A stretch of 64,000 nt of DNA, taken from assembly GCA_035569555.1 (NCBI GenBank), contig DATMMW010000040.1, positions 214,101 to 278,100 on the forward strand. Reading direction: 5' to 3'. The notes under the pieces were generated by a model. The model saw only the letters and a program-made list of their open reading frames with translations, did not search any database and was not told where the DNA came from. The DNA is from Candidatus Dormiibacterota bacterium (GTDB lineage Bacteria; Acidobacteriota; Terriglobia; Acidiferrales; UBA7541). Shown one piece after another: positions 19,715 to 29,100 of this stretch. The stretch's first letter is position 1, and every line of letters starts with the position of its first letter. Position numbers and translations under genes: made by a program.

Positions 19715-20386
19715 TCAAGCTGCAACGCTAAATTTTGGCCTCGTCCACCTCACCCAAATCTCCGCCGCAATCGCTTGTAAGGTAAACCCAATCCAGAACG
19801 CCGTCCCGAAAAATCTGCTCGGCTCAGGCACACGCCCGTTTATCGCCGCCGCCGCAAAGAATCCACCCATAATCGGCCTAATCGTCGCCACCGCTAATCC
19901 TATCGCAAACCCGCGAATCATCCATTCCCGATGCTGCGCAAACTCCCGATGCATCGCATGCCAAAGCGCCTTCCCTAGCGCAAACAAAAAGAAACTCCCG
20001 AATATTACAATCGCCGACTTCTCATCGGCGCCACCGATGCTGTCCCGCAGCACCATCGTCAATCCCGTGACTCCAATCACCGCGCTCGCCGCCAGAAAAA
20101 TTCGCCCCGACCATCGATGAACCGCAGGATGCTTGTTGCGCAACCCTCGCACAAATTGCAAAGGCCCAAGCACCATGAAGAGCATTCCCGGCAAAATATG
20201 CAGAAACGTCAGTCCGCGTTGCTTCGCAAAGTGCGCGTCCAACTCCGCCGCCGGATTCTTACTCGCGTTCATCGCGCCCGGCCGTACCAGCACAATCGCC
20301 CGCCGTGTCGCCATCGCCAGCCCAATGAACGCCAGCAATATCACCGCAACCCACAAAATTCGCGTAAGCGCCCCGTTCGCCTTCAT
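19715..20386 (-). CDS. multi-pass membrane protein (DUF2306-like)
   Basis: 223-aa ORF with about 6 hydrophobic helices. The DUF2306 resemblance is recalled from memory and was not searched. Confidence 0.7.
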   Translation of the reverse strand: MKANGALTRILWVAVILLAFIGLAMATRRAIVLVRPGAMNASKNPAAELDAHFAKQRGLTFLHILPGMLFMVLGPLQFVRGLRNKHPAVHRWSGRIFLAASAVIGVTGLTMVLRDSIGGADEKSAIVIFGSFFLFALGKALWHAMHREFAQHREWMIRGFAIGLAVATIRPIMGGFFAAAAINGRVPEPSRFFGTAFWIGFTLQAIAAEIWVRWTRPKFSVAA

Positions 20387-20600
20387 GTCCCGCCTCTACA
20401 AGCCATACGCGCCTGGGCCGCTGTTTATATCCGTTTCAATATAATTTTTATTTGGAAAAACCGCGCAGAAATTCTTCAAATTGTATACTAAAGACGATTT
20501 GTCCAACACGCAACATTCGGCGTTCAGTCTTTAATTCTTTTCGCCCTCACAAAAATCCCGGCTAGAATTTCGTTCGCGAACACTGGTAGCCCCGACTGGA

Positions 20601-22040
20601 CTATCTCGTAAGTAGCGTGCACAGTGCTTCGTCGTCGAAGGGAGAGGCCATGCACGAAACTCTGAGTTTCAGCTTGTCCTTTTCTTCTCTTGGAACGCCG
20701 TTCTCTTGCGGAGGCACCATCACCCAGCTTTTTATGACTTCGCTTACGGCTATTTGAATTTGTTTATTCGGGGCATCTTTAACCCGTGTTTCTCCTATGG
20801 TCCCATTTTTCCGAGTCGTATATTCAATCTCCACAAGCGACATCATTCCGGGCATTGAGACGATTCGTTGTGTGCCGCCCGGAAGACTCATTGTCACAGG
20901 AGTAGTGGTCAGGAGTCTCTTGTCGAGCGGAAATGGGGGAAGTCGGCAGCTTAAACACTTTTGCCCAAGGGAAGATTGTCCACCAAGGAAGGGATCAATA
21001 CTTCCCGAAGAAGGACGATTGAAGTGCGGCCTCGGTGTAGGTGTCGCTACGGCCGGAGCGGACACACATTCCAGAGAACTGTTCACACTGCAAATAGTTG
21101 TCCCGGTCGACGCCCAGAGTGGCATCAATGTCCCGTCGGCCGGCACTGCGCGGAATGTAGGTTTCTCACCGTAAAGTTCAACAATTGCGCCATCCCATAA
21201 AATGCAACCTTGAACTGTGCATTCTGAAAACTCATTGGGCGCGCGAACTCCATGGATCCAATGCTTACCATCTTTGGAATGCAGGCTCAACGCTACTCCG
21301 TACCCGCCACCTGGTTTGTCTTTCTCGATCACTTCATAACCAAACATCCAGAATTCACCGTCGTGCTTCGCAACAGCCCACAATCCTGTGCTGGGTATGG
21401 AAATAACACTCCAGGTTTTTCCTGCATCTTCAGTAGAGGCAATGGCATGTTCGCTGGAACCGTCGTTGCTGCGAAAGAGGATGATCGCGTGCTCTGGGTC
21501 AAGCTGGGCCAATCCGGCGACCACTTTGAACGCTTCGAGTTCCTTCCCGTCTTGGTATGCGCTAATTTTGCTCCACGTGTTTGCGCCATCATGAGTCATC
21601 TGCACGCCGGAATCAGTGCTTCGTAGTCCGTTCTTCCTATCCGAAAACGAAATCTCACGAACTGTCTCCGCTCCCGAAGGAAACCTTGTCCAGTTTTCCC
21701 CTCCATCTTCTGTCACCAAAATCGCGCCATGCGTGCCAGTCGCAAACCCAATTCCCCCTTCGAGCAAGGAAATGCGGACTAGCACTTCACCATCTAGGCT
21801 TTCGTGTTTTACCTGCCACGTTAATCCGTCATCTTTTGAAGTTGCTATCATTTCGTCTGTACCGCACACCCAAAGTGTTTTTCCGCTATTAGTTATGTCC
21901 ATCGGCCTATGCGGCAGGGAAATCTTCTTCCAGCTTTCCTCGGCTATGACGTTGGGTGGTGGTGCAAAGGGAAACAAAGCAAAAACTGTTATGGCAAACC
22001 ACAATGCATGTTGAAAACGCTCACGAGCCAATCGAATCAT
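20601..22040 (-). CDS. membrane-anchored BNR/Asp-box beta-propeller protein with TonB-C-like C-terminal domain
   Basis: Four SxDxGxTW-type boxes (KDDGLTWQV, EDGGENWTR, HDGANTWSK, EDAGKTWSV). N-terminal TM helix. C-terminus VEIEYTTRKNGTIGETRV...AVSEVIKSWVMVPP resembles TonB_C. ATG 22040 avoids overlap with the upstream gene; the ORF-track start is 22082. Confidence 0.75.
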   Translation of the reverse strand: MIRLARERFQHALWFAITVFALFPFAPPPNVIAEESWKKISLPHRPMDITNSGKTLWVCGTDEMIATSKDDGLTWQVKHESLDGEVLVRISLLEGGIGFATGTHGAILVTEDGGENWTRFPSGAETVREISFSDRKNGLRSTDSGVQMTHDGANTWSKISAYQDGKELEAFKVVAGLAQLDPEHAIILFRSNDGSSEHAIASTEDAGKTWSVISIPSTGLWAVAKHDGEFWMFGYEVIEKDKPGGGYGVALSLHSKDGKHWIHGVRAPNEFSECTVQGCILWDGAIVELYGEKPTFRAVPADGTLMPLWASTGTTICSVNSSLECVSAPAVATPTPRPHFNRPSSGSIDPFLGGQSSLGQKCLSCRLPPFPLDKRLLTTTPVTMSLPGGTQRIVSMPGMMSLVEIEYTTRKNGTIGETRVKDAPNKQIQIAVSEVIKSWVMVPPQENGVPREEKDKLKLRVSCMASPFDDEALCTLLTR

Positions 22041-22068
22041 ACGAATTTCCTCAAATTCGACAATCTGT

Positions 22069-23028
22069 TTAGGAGCTTCCAATCAAAATCCCCGTCAAAA
22101 AAACCAGCACTCCGCCCACAACCACCTGAAACGCAGCCTGCAAAAACGGCGTGTCCATATATTTATGCCGCACAAAACTGATTGTTCCCAACTCAACCGC
22201 AACCACGAGAAACGCCACTGTCATCGCCACCCGGAAATCCTTAATAAGGAAGGGAAGCGTGTGGCCAATTCCTCCGGCCGTGGTCATGAGCCCCGTCGCA
22301 GTACCGCGAATCCATGGTGACCCGCGCCCCGTCAGCGAGCCGTCATCCGAAAGCGACTCCGCAAATCCCATCGAAATTCCCGCGCCCAGCGAAGCCGCAA
22401 GCCCCACCAAAAACGCGTCCCATGTTCTGTGTGTTGCATAAGCCGCCGCAAAAAGCGGCGCCAGCGTCGAAACCGAGCCATCCATCAAACCAGCAAGCCC
22501 CGGCTGAATCACCTGCAACAAAAACAATTTTTCGTGAGATTTATCCTCTTGTTCGCGTGCGCTCTTCGTCAGGTGTTTTTCTTCCAGTTCACCCGCCGTC
22601 ACGGAGTGTTTTCGCTCTTCATCCGCGAGTTTGTTCAGGAGTTCGCGTGTGGGCACGTGTGTCACGCGGCTCGCCGCTTTTTGATAGAACCGTACTGCTT
22701 CCATCTCCATGAGTTGCGCGTGCTTGCGAGCCGCGTCCACACCCAATGGCCGCACTAGCCACAGTGGTCTCCGCTTCAAAAATCCCTTCACATCCTCGCG
22801 TCGAATCAGCGGAATATGGTCTCCGAATCGCTCGCGAAACGTCGCAAATAAGCGATCCCGGTGAGCGGCCTCTTCCTCACGCATCTCTTCGAACATCTGC
22901 GCTGTCGCCGGATAGGATTCGCGCAGTTGGTCGGCAAACTCCCCAAAAATTCTCCCGTCTTCTTCTTCGTTCTGAATCGCCAGCGCCAGGATTTCGCGCT
23001 CGGTCAAATCCTTGAATTTCTTCAGCAT
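22069..23028 (-). CDS. VIT1/CCC1-family iron transporter with N-terminal ferritin/rubrerythrin-like domain
   Basis: N-terminal domain ILALAIQNEEEDGRIFGEFA...EEAAHRDRL...DEERKH (ferritin-like EExxH pairs), followed by a 5-TM VIT domain. Confidence 0.85.
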   Translation of the reverse strand: MLKKFKDLTEREILALAIQNEEEDGRIFGEFADQLRESYPATAQMFEEMREEEAAHRDRLFATFRERFGDHIPLIRREDVKGFLKRRPLWLVRPLGVDAARKHAQLMEMEAVRFYQKAASRVTHVPTRELLNKLADEERKHSVTAGELEEKHLTKSAREQEDKSHEKLFLLQVIQPGLAGLMDGSVSTLAPLFAAAYATHRTWDAFLVGLAASLGAGISMGFAESLSDDGSLTGRGSPWIRGTATGLMTTAGGIGHTLPFLIKDFRVAMTVAFLVVAVELGTISFVRHKYMDTPFLQAAFQVVVGGVLVFLTGILIGSS

Positions 23029-23127
23029 TCGTCCCCGCTTCGCGTACTTCCGAGCAGGAAGAATCGCACAACTTCGCAGTGGAAGTCACGTCAGTGGAGC
23101 TAATGTTTTTGTTTTCAAAAAAAGCAA

Positions 23128-23877
23128 TCAGACAAGAAATCCGTGTTGCCGGCAAACATCCACAATCTCAAGCCTGCCGGCAGCGCCAATTTTCCGCTTC
23201 ATCCGGTAGAGATGATTCTTCACCGTCTGTTCGGAAAGCGAAAAATGATTGGCAATTTCCTTGTTCGTCAATCCGCGAGTGAGCAGCGGAATCAGCTGCT
23301 GTTCCCGCCGCGTCAATCCAAGTTCGCGATGCAATGCAGCCGACGGAAATGCTTCCGCTTCTTTTTCAAAATAGCGGAACAGGATCGCGCACTGCACTCC
23401 CGTGCAAATCGCCTGCCCATTGCCTACCGCACGTGCCGCTGCGATTATTTCTTCGGCGGATGCCTCGCCCGGCAAAAAGCCACTTATCCCGGCACGAAGA
23501 TACTGCAGCAATTCCGGCTCACTCTGCGATGAGCCAAACAACAAAACTTTCAGTTCCGGCGCTTCCGCTTTCGATTTATGTATTCGGCGCAAGTCTTCCT
23601 GCAAGGCGCCGGATGAGGACGTCACCAGAACCTCAACTCGACTTACCGCTAACGTCTTCTCTGTCCTTTTCATCTTCAGCTCGGCGACAGTCCACTCTCC
23701 GTGTACTTCCAAATCCGTTTCTCCCGCGCACGCGGAAAGAATTCTGTCCAGCAAGGACGCACTGTCCACATACAACCGAATGAACGTATTTGCTCCTGCC
23801 TCATTTTTTCCCTTTGCTTTCACAAATCTCTGAGAAACTTCGGAAATTTTCAGGCCTAACTTCGCGGCTCCGTTCAT
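23128..23877 (-). CDS. LuxR-family regulator with degenerate (non-phosphorylatable) receiver-like domain
   Basis: C-terminal HTH LTRREQQLIPLLTRGLTNKEIANHFSLSEQTVKNHLYRMKRKIG. The receiver-like region has VLVTSSSG where the phospho-acceptor Asp is expected. Start taken at ATG 23877 (MNGAAKLG). Confidence 0.8.
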   Translation of the reverse strand: MNGAAKLGLKISEVSQRFVKAKGKNEAGANTFIRLYVDSASLLDRILSACAGETDLEVHGEWTVAELKMKRTEKTLAVSRVEVLVTSSSGALQEDLRRIHKSKAEAPELKVLLFGSSQSEPELLQYLRAGISGFLPGEASAEEIIAAARAVGNGQAICTGVQCAILFRYFEKEAEAFPSAALHRELGLTRREQQLIPLLTRGLTNKEIANHFSLSEQTVKNHLYRMKRKIGAAGRLEIVDVCRQHGFLV

Positions 23878-24248
23878 GCGGTCTCCTCTCGTCTGTTTCG
23901 CGAATCCTGAAAAAACTCTAAGGGCGCTCCACCACTTCCGCTCTGCCGAGTAGAGGAGCAAACGCGCCGCCTAAACCATCGCAATTCAGTTTTAGGGGAA
24001 TTCCTAACTGACCTTTTATGAATGGGTTACGGTTAGCCTCTGCTTGAAGAAAATCCGAACGGTCTCAATTCGGTACCAACGATGCCCACAGGTTCGAATC
24101 GGTCCTCCTTCAGTGTCTTAGTACTCCCGTACCAATCGTCTTCTTACCAGTCCTACTTTTTCGAAGTACCACTCCTCTATAGGTTTTGTTTCGCAACTCC
24201 GCGTACACTTTTTATAGAAAAAGCAGTAAATTCTAGGGTGAACTTTTC

Positions 24249-24659
24249 ATGGCAACGCAGGATTTGATGAGCAAGACTCCCAGCAACGCATTTTCGGCAA
24301 TTCGTCCTACTTCTCAACCGGAACGCCGCGGCTATCGCCGGTGCAAAATCACGCAACTGATGCGCATCCGCCCGTCCGATCCGGAAAAAGAGCATTTCGA
24401 AGATCTGCGCGGCACGATGAGTGTTTCGCGCAGCGGCGTATATTTCCAGACCAGCGAAAAAGGCTACGAAATCGGCCTTCGCCTTTTCGTTACCATGCCC
24501 TATTCCAAGGAACCGGCTGCCATCAATCGCGAATATCTCGCGGAGGTGGTGCGCATCGACCCGCGCTCAAATGGCCTTACAGGCGTCGGCATCAAGATCC
24601 TCATGGAAATGGGGCTTCAACAGCACAACTATTCATTTAGCGCGCCGCCGCGAAAGTAA
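24249..24659 (+). CDS. PilZ-domain protein (putative c-di-GMP receptor)
   Basis: RRGYRR (RxxxR) followed by MSVSRSGVYF (D/NxSxxG-like) about 30 aa later. 136 aa. Confidence 0.7.
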   Translation: MATQDLMSKTPSNAFSAIRPTSQPERRGYRRCKITQLMRIRPSDPEKEHFEDLRGTMSVSRSGVYFQTSEKGYEIGLRLFVTMPYSKEPAAINREYLAEVVRIDPRSNGLTGVGIKILMEMGLQQHNYSFSAPPRK

Positions 24660-24697
24660 CTTCAAACGCGAAGCGAAAAAAACTTCAACGAAAACAA

Positions 24698-24732
24698 GAA
24701 TGGGCGGCTAGAGGAACTCTAGCCGCCCATTC
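24698..24732. terminator. bidirectional hairpin terminator between convergent genes
   Basis: Perfect 16-bp inverted repeat GAATGGGCGGCTAGAG / CTCTAGCCGCCCATTC with a 3-nt centre. An A-rich tract lies upstream (a T-tract for the minus strand) and GTGTTT lies downstream. Confidence 0.7.
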
Positions 24733-24766
24733 CCGTGTTTGGGGGTTGGGGAAACTCGATTTTGTC

Positions 24767-25243
24767 TTACGCTTTTCCGATCAAATTCAGTGTCTGGTGC
24801 CGCAGCTTGCCGAGGCTCCGATTCAACGGGTGCCGGCGGGTCAAGAATGAGAACACGGGAGAGCGCCGGTGTGTCAGTTTGTTCATGGCAATGTTCAAAC
24901 GGATGTCGCGGCGCGCGAACTTCAGACCTGCTTGCAGCGCTTCGACGGCGTCGTCACGGCGGCCCGCGGTCGCATACACTTCCGCCAGGTTCAGATAGAG
25001 CTGCGCCTGATTGCGCTTCAGGCGGACCGCGCTATCGCACAGCTTTTCCGCTTCGCCCCACTTCTGCTCAGAGCGTGCAAGCACGACTCCGAGATAGGAC
25101 ATGTAATAGGGGTTGTTTCTTTCCAGTTCCACTGCGCGCTTCATATGCGGCAGCGCCTTCACCGCATAGTTATCGCGCAACAGCGTCAAGCCTTGCTTGA
25201 ATTCTCGGAACGCTTCTGTATCCATCATGGACCACCTCGTCAA
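24767..25243 (-). CDS. tetratricopeptide-repeat protein
   Basis: 158-aa ORF with TPR-like A/Y/L periodicity (ALPHMKRAVELERNNPYYMSYLGVVLAR...). Confidence 0.75.
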   Translation of the reverse strand: MTRWSMMDTEAFREFKQGLTLLRDNYAVKALPHMKRAVELERNNPYYMSYLGVVLARSEQKWGEAEKLCDSAVRLKRNQAQLYLNLAEVYATAGRRDDAVEALQAGLKFARRDIRLNIAMNKLTHRRSPVFSFLTRRHPLNRSLGKLRHQTLNLIGKA

Positions 25244-25534
25244 CCGCGCCGTGCAGGCGCGTTAGATTGACACCCGGGAAGCGGAAACACGTCCTCGCCG
25301 ATTGTGGCCCGCTGCGTGCTTCAATTGCAGAGAGCTCGGAACAATCTTTCCAGCCAGCATCAGAATGCATAGCGCGGGGAACAGCATTGCGAGTGCGTTT
25401 TCCATCAACATCAGTTGGGAAACTACGCGTGTGTTCGCGAAGAATCTACTGGACAAAGGGACAGTCTTGGGACATTTGCACTTTCGGGCGGTGTGTCAAT
25501 AAAGGGCAGGAGAGCGGTGACACAATTTGCGCTG

Positions 25535-26650
25535 CTATTGTGCGCCTCTGTGCCAGTCTTTCCAATCTTTCAAAGTTGCGGCCAGCATTTCTTTCGAGGC
25601 CTTGTGCAACCATCGTCCCTTTCGCTTTGTTAAATCATTCTTGATTGCAGGAATCGATTTTGTGCTCCCCAAGTGCATGTTTGCGATTTCGCGGCCCATC
25701 GCGTAAAGCAATTTTTCTTCGTCGCGTTCTTGCGGCAGGGAAGCAAGCTCGATGCGCGAACAATCCGGTGCGAGCCGACGAACGAGCCAGCGATCGCTGA
25801 ACCCAACAAATGGATCTCTTACGCGAACCGCACTCTCCGCCAGTTTTGCGCCAAAGATTTCAAATTGATTCGCGCCTTCTGCCCATACCCATGCCGAAGG
25901 GCGAATCGCTTTAGCTTCGCGCGCAATCCATGCGCCGCGCGATTGCGTAAGCGCAAGAATCCTCGGATGGCCCAGGCTTCCGAGCCCGGCGACGCGGCGC
26001 CTAAGCTGATAATTCTGCTTTGGCTCGGGCAGCGCATCCTCAATTAACTTCCGCACTTCTTGCGGCAATTCGCCCTTGTAGGCAGGAAGCGCCGTCATTT
26101 TCGTCCAGAAATGCACAGGGTCGCGCAATTCGCTCAATGCCATCAAACGCAGCCATTGATGCTTCTCTGCAAGGATGAAGGGCTCCCCTCCACACTCTAT
26201 GCCGGCGCGGTACCCCTCTTCGATCGCTTCCGCTCCGCGACGACGGCGCAGGCAGAGATGTTCTTCTTCGACAGCGAGATAAACGCTGGTTGCCAGGCGC
26301 ACTAGATCGATTGTGTAGGCGCAAGGCCAGGCTTCGTCGAGATCGTTCACGCCCCAAATCAGGCGGCCTTCGAGGTCGCGCCAGGTGCCGAAGTTTTCGA
26401 TGTGCAGATCGCCGACGGCGAGCACGGAAGGAGCCGACGCGAGATCGCTGCAAAGATGCGGCCAAAGCTGAAGCCAGCGATAAAAAGTGGCGCGAAAAAA
26501 GGGAAACGCCGCGAGCGCCATCTGCTCGTGCTTGGTTTTCAGGTCTTGCTTGACGATTGGCAGATGCTTGGCGAGCCACTTTTCAAAATCGGCGGTCGCT
26601 TCCACGATGCCCGGAAATTTTTTCTTTCCCGGGACGGCGGGCTTGGGCAT
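25535..26650 (-). CDS. DUF2252-family protein
   Basis: 371 aa. Contains VGDLHIENFGTW and downstream DLDEA motifs, as I recall for DUF2252. Confidence 0.75.
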   Translation of the reverse strand: MPKPAVPGKKKFPGIVEATADFEKWLAKHLPIVKQDLKTKHEQMALAAFPFFRATFYRWLQLWPHLCSDLASAPSVLAVGDLHIENFGTWRDLEGRLIWGVNDLDEAWPCAYTIDLVRLATSVYLAVEEEHLCLRRRRGAEAIEEGYRAGIECGGEPFILAEKHQWLRLMALSELRDPVHFWTKMTALPAYKGELPQEVRKLIEDALPEPKQNYQLRRRVAGLGSLGHPRILALTQSRGAWIAREAKAIRPSAWVWAEGANQFEIFGAKLAESAVRVRDPFVGFSDRWLVRRLAPDCSRIELASLPQERDEEKLLYAMGREIANMHLGSTKSIPAIKNDLTKRKGRWLHKASKEMLAATLKDWKDWHRGAQ

Positions 26651-26692
26651 TGGTCACCTTTTTTTCAGCCATTTTTGGCAACAGCTTCGCGT

Positions 26693-28012
26693 CTAGCCTC
26701 TTGCTGTGTTCGCGGTGACCTGTTTGCCACGAACTCGCGCTTCGTAAATCGGGAATTTCGCGGCAAGCTCCGCAACTTGCGCGCGAACCTTTTGTTCGAC
26801 TTCCGTATTGCCTCCTGCACTGGTAACGCTGCTAAGGATTTCGGTGATCCAGTTGCCGATTTGCTCCATTTCCGGCTCGCGCATGCCGCGCGTGGTGACG
26901 GATGGACTGCCGAGGCGAATGCCGCCGGCTTTCATCGGGGGCAGGGGATCGAAGGGAATTGAATTTTTGTTGACGGTGATGCCGGCGCGGTCGAGCGCCT
27001 TTTCCGCCTCGGTGCCGGTGATTCCGCGCGAGTGAACTTCGACGAGGAACAGATGATTGTCCGTGCCGCCGCTGACGATGCGGAAGCCGCGCTTGGCCAC
27101 GGCTGCAGCCATGGCTTTGGTGTTGGCGACGACTTGTTTTTGATAATCCTTGAAGCTCGGCTCGGCAGCTTCCTTCAGGCAGACGGCTTTGGCGGCGATG
27201 GTGTGGACGAGCGGGCCGCCCTGGAGGCCGGGGAAGGTGAGTTTATCGAGTTCCTTGGCGAATTGCGTTTTGCAGAAGACGAGGCCGCCACGTGGGCCGC
27301 GCAAAGTTTTATGCGTGGTGGTGCTGACGAAATCGGCGTGCGGCACGGGACTTGGGTGAACGCCTGCGGCGACGAGTCCGGCGATGTGCGCCATATCCAC
27401 GAAGAAAAGCGCGCCGTTGCTGCGTGCGGCTTTGGCGATGCGCTCGAAATCAATCACGCGCGAATAGGCGCTGGCGCCTGCGACGATCATTTTTGGTTTG
27501 TGTTCGGCGGCGAGACGGTCAATTTCGTCGTAGTCAATTTGTTCGGTGTCCTGGCGTACGCCGTAGGCGATGAACTTGTACATGCGGCCGGAAAAATTGA
27601 GGGGATGGCCGTGCGTGAGATGGCCGCCGTGGGAAAGATTCATGCCGAGGACGGTATCGCCGGGCTGGAGCGCGCTCATGTAAACGGAAACGTTGGCTTG
27701 CGTGCCGGAGTGCGATTGCACGTTGGCGTGCTCAGCGCCGAAGAGAGATTTGGCGCGATCGATGGCGAGTTGTTCGGCTTTGTCCGTAACTTCGCAGCCG
27801 CCGTAGTAGCGTTTGCCGGGATAGCCTTCCGCGTACTTGTTGGTGAAAACGGAGCCCATCGCTTCAAGGACGGCTTCGGAGACGAGATTTTCCGAGGGGA
27901 TAAGTTCGAGGCCAGTGGCCTGGCGCTTGGCCTCTTCGCGGAGGAGTTCGGCGATTTGAGGATCAACGGAGTCGAGCGGACGGTTCATGCGAGTGTTGGC
28001 GTCAGTTGTCAT
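26693..28012 (-). CDS. glyA: serine hydroxymethyltransferase
   Basis: 439 aa. Canonical SHMT sequence ([28 protein letters not shown] site [13 protein letters not shown]). Confidence 0.97.
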   Translation of the reverse strand: MTTDANTRMNRPLDSVDPQIAELLREEAKRQATGLELIPSENLVSEAVLEAMGSVFTNKYAEGYPGKRYYGGCEVTDKAEQLAIDRAKSLFGAEHANVQSHSGTQANVSVYMSALQPGDTVLGMNLSHGGHLTHGHPLNFSGRMYKFIAYGVRQDTEQIDYDEIDRLAAEHKPKMIVAGASAYSRVIDFERIAKAARSNGALFFVDMAHIAGLVAAGVHPSPVPHADFVSTTTHKTLRGPRGGLVFCKTQFAKELDKLTFPGLQGGPLVHTIAAKAVCLKEAAEPSFKDYQKQVVANTKAMAAAVAKRGFRIVSGGTDNHLFLVEVHSRGITGTEAEKALDRAGITVNKNSIPFDPLPPMKAGGIRLGSPSVTTRGMREPEMEQIGNWITEILSSVTSAGGNTEVEQKVRAQVAELAAKFPIYEARVRGKQVTANTARG

Positions 28013-28200
28013 GGCAGAAAGTTTAGCGGAAGGGGATGGGTAGTAGCTAGTGGATGGTGCCGAGTTCCAGAATGGGAATAGTTTGGGTGTACCCCGGTTG
28101 TTTTCGTAAGAGTGGCAAATGCAGGACTTAGAGGAGAGTATTCAGAAAAGGAGGAAGGACAGCCCTGGTGGAAGACGCGTGGACTACCCCACCCCGGGGC

Positions 28201-28270
28201 GTTTTGTATGGTTATCAAAGGAAAGGGGATATCCGAAGAGGGTTTTGCATGAATATCAAAACAAGGGAGA
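28201..28270 (+). repeat. two ~30-nt direct repeat units (GTTTTGyATGrwTATCAAA..AAGGG) in the glyA leader
   Basis: Unit 28201-28229 and unit 28242-28270 match at about 24/30 positions. ATGGTTATCAAAGGAAAGGG (28208-28227) matches 56507-56526 at 18/20. Confidence 0.6.
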
Positions 28271-28325
28271 TAGGTATTGCGGTATGGACTAGGAAATTTG
28301 GATGGAGACGGGCTACTCACATGGA

Positions 28326-28354
28326 AAAGTAGCACACTATTTACCAAATGTCAA
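28326..28354 (-). promoter_or_regulatory. candidate sigma-70-type promoter for glyA
   Basis: Minus strand TTGACA (28354-28349), 17 nt, then TACTTT (28331-26). The -10 box is weak. It would give a ~300-nt leader. Confidence 0.3.
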
Positions 28355-28414
28355 TTAAAATCTAGATAGTACTAGTATTTAAACTTGATACAAAGTTGGA
28401 AAAATGGGTAGAGA

Positions 28415-28451
28415 AAGTCAAAATCCGCACCCTTTAAACCGAAGGGTGCGG
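28415..28451 (-). terminator. hairpin terminator downstream of the 28537-29100 gene
   Basis: 10-bp stem CCGCACCCTT / AAGGGTGCGG (28425-34 / 28442-51), followed on the minus strand by ATTTTGACTT. Confidence 0.5.
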
Positions 28452-28536
28452 CACCCGGCTGCCATCTTTTCAAATATTGCAAATGAGCGCAACCGTGGGG
28501 GCTAATTCGGCCTTCGCTCCATTTTTATATTGTGCT

Positions 28537-29100
28537 TTAAGGCGCGCGTTCCAAGAGAAGGCCGAGTTTGCTGCCGGGAGTTACTTTAGTTTGCGGCAGG
28601 ATGTCGTCGGATGTGAATGGCAATCCGTCCGGACCGACGCCACGAAGATAGTAATGATCTGTGCCGACGCGCTCATAGTAGTAGTATCTGGGAGAGCCGA
28701 GAAACTTAACGTCTGTGGGATCAAATACAAATACCATTGAATTCTTCGGAAGTGAATCTTGAAGCACTTTCAGTGACTCCGGATACTCTCCGTGTTGAAC
28801 TTTGTAAAACTCCACAGACTGGACGAGCGTATTCAGGTTGGATTGCGCTAGTTCGCGTCGTAATCCGTCATAAATGCCGCCCCTCTGTACGAATCCAAAA
28901 TAGAAAAGGCTTCCATATAGCATCACTGTGAAGCAGATTCCGATACTGCCTATCAGGGCGACTTTCACGCCTCCCCGTTTTTTCGAGGTGAGTCCCATAA
29001 TGAGGGCAACGATACCGAAAGGCACGCCAAGCAGGGGAATAAAGGCGAGCCCTGCGAAAACAAACGGCAATCCGCTAATTTTCTCGTTTGTCTCACTCAC
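28537..29100 (-). CDS. membrane protein with GspG/pseudopilin-like C-terminal domain, no prepilin leader
   Basis: Two N-terminal TM helices, then LAQSNLNTLVQSVEFYKVQHGEYPESL...YYLRGVGPDGLPFTSDDI, which resembles the globular domain of T2SS major pseudopilins. Confidence 0.65.
   Translation of the reverse strand: MSETNEKISGLPFVFAGLAFIPLLGVPFGIVALIMGLTSKKRGGVKVALIGSIGICFTVMLYGSLFYFGFVQRGGIYDGLRRELAQSNLNTLVQSVEFYKVQHGEYPESLKVLQDSLPKNSMVFVFDPTDVKFLGSPRYYYYERVGTDHYYLRGVGPDGLPFTSDDILPQTKVTPGSKLGLLLERAP

Noticed and set aside
24091-24100. GGTTCGAATC, identical to a tRNA T-arm/T-loop consensus; possible tRNA or att-site remnant
   Set aside because: The flanks cannot form a T-stem (ACAGG does not pair with CGGTC), an acceptor stem or an anticodon arm. 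The 10-mer is better explained as one copy of a local direct repeat (see the LuxR/PilZ finding).
27032-28081. 349-aa plus-strand ORF
   Set aside because: It is antisense to glyA, whose sense translation is a textbook SHMT.
28013-28325. Known riboswitch (ZTP/pfl, THF, glycine) in the glyA leader
   Set aside because: Reading the minus strand, I could not find the conserved cores (for example the ZTP CCGCCUGGGC pseudoknot element). An Rfam scan would be needed to settle this. The region is reported only as an unexplained long leader.
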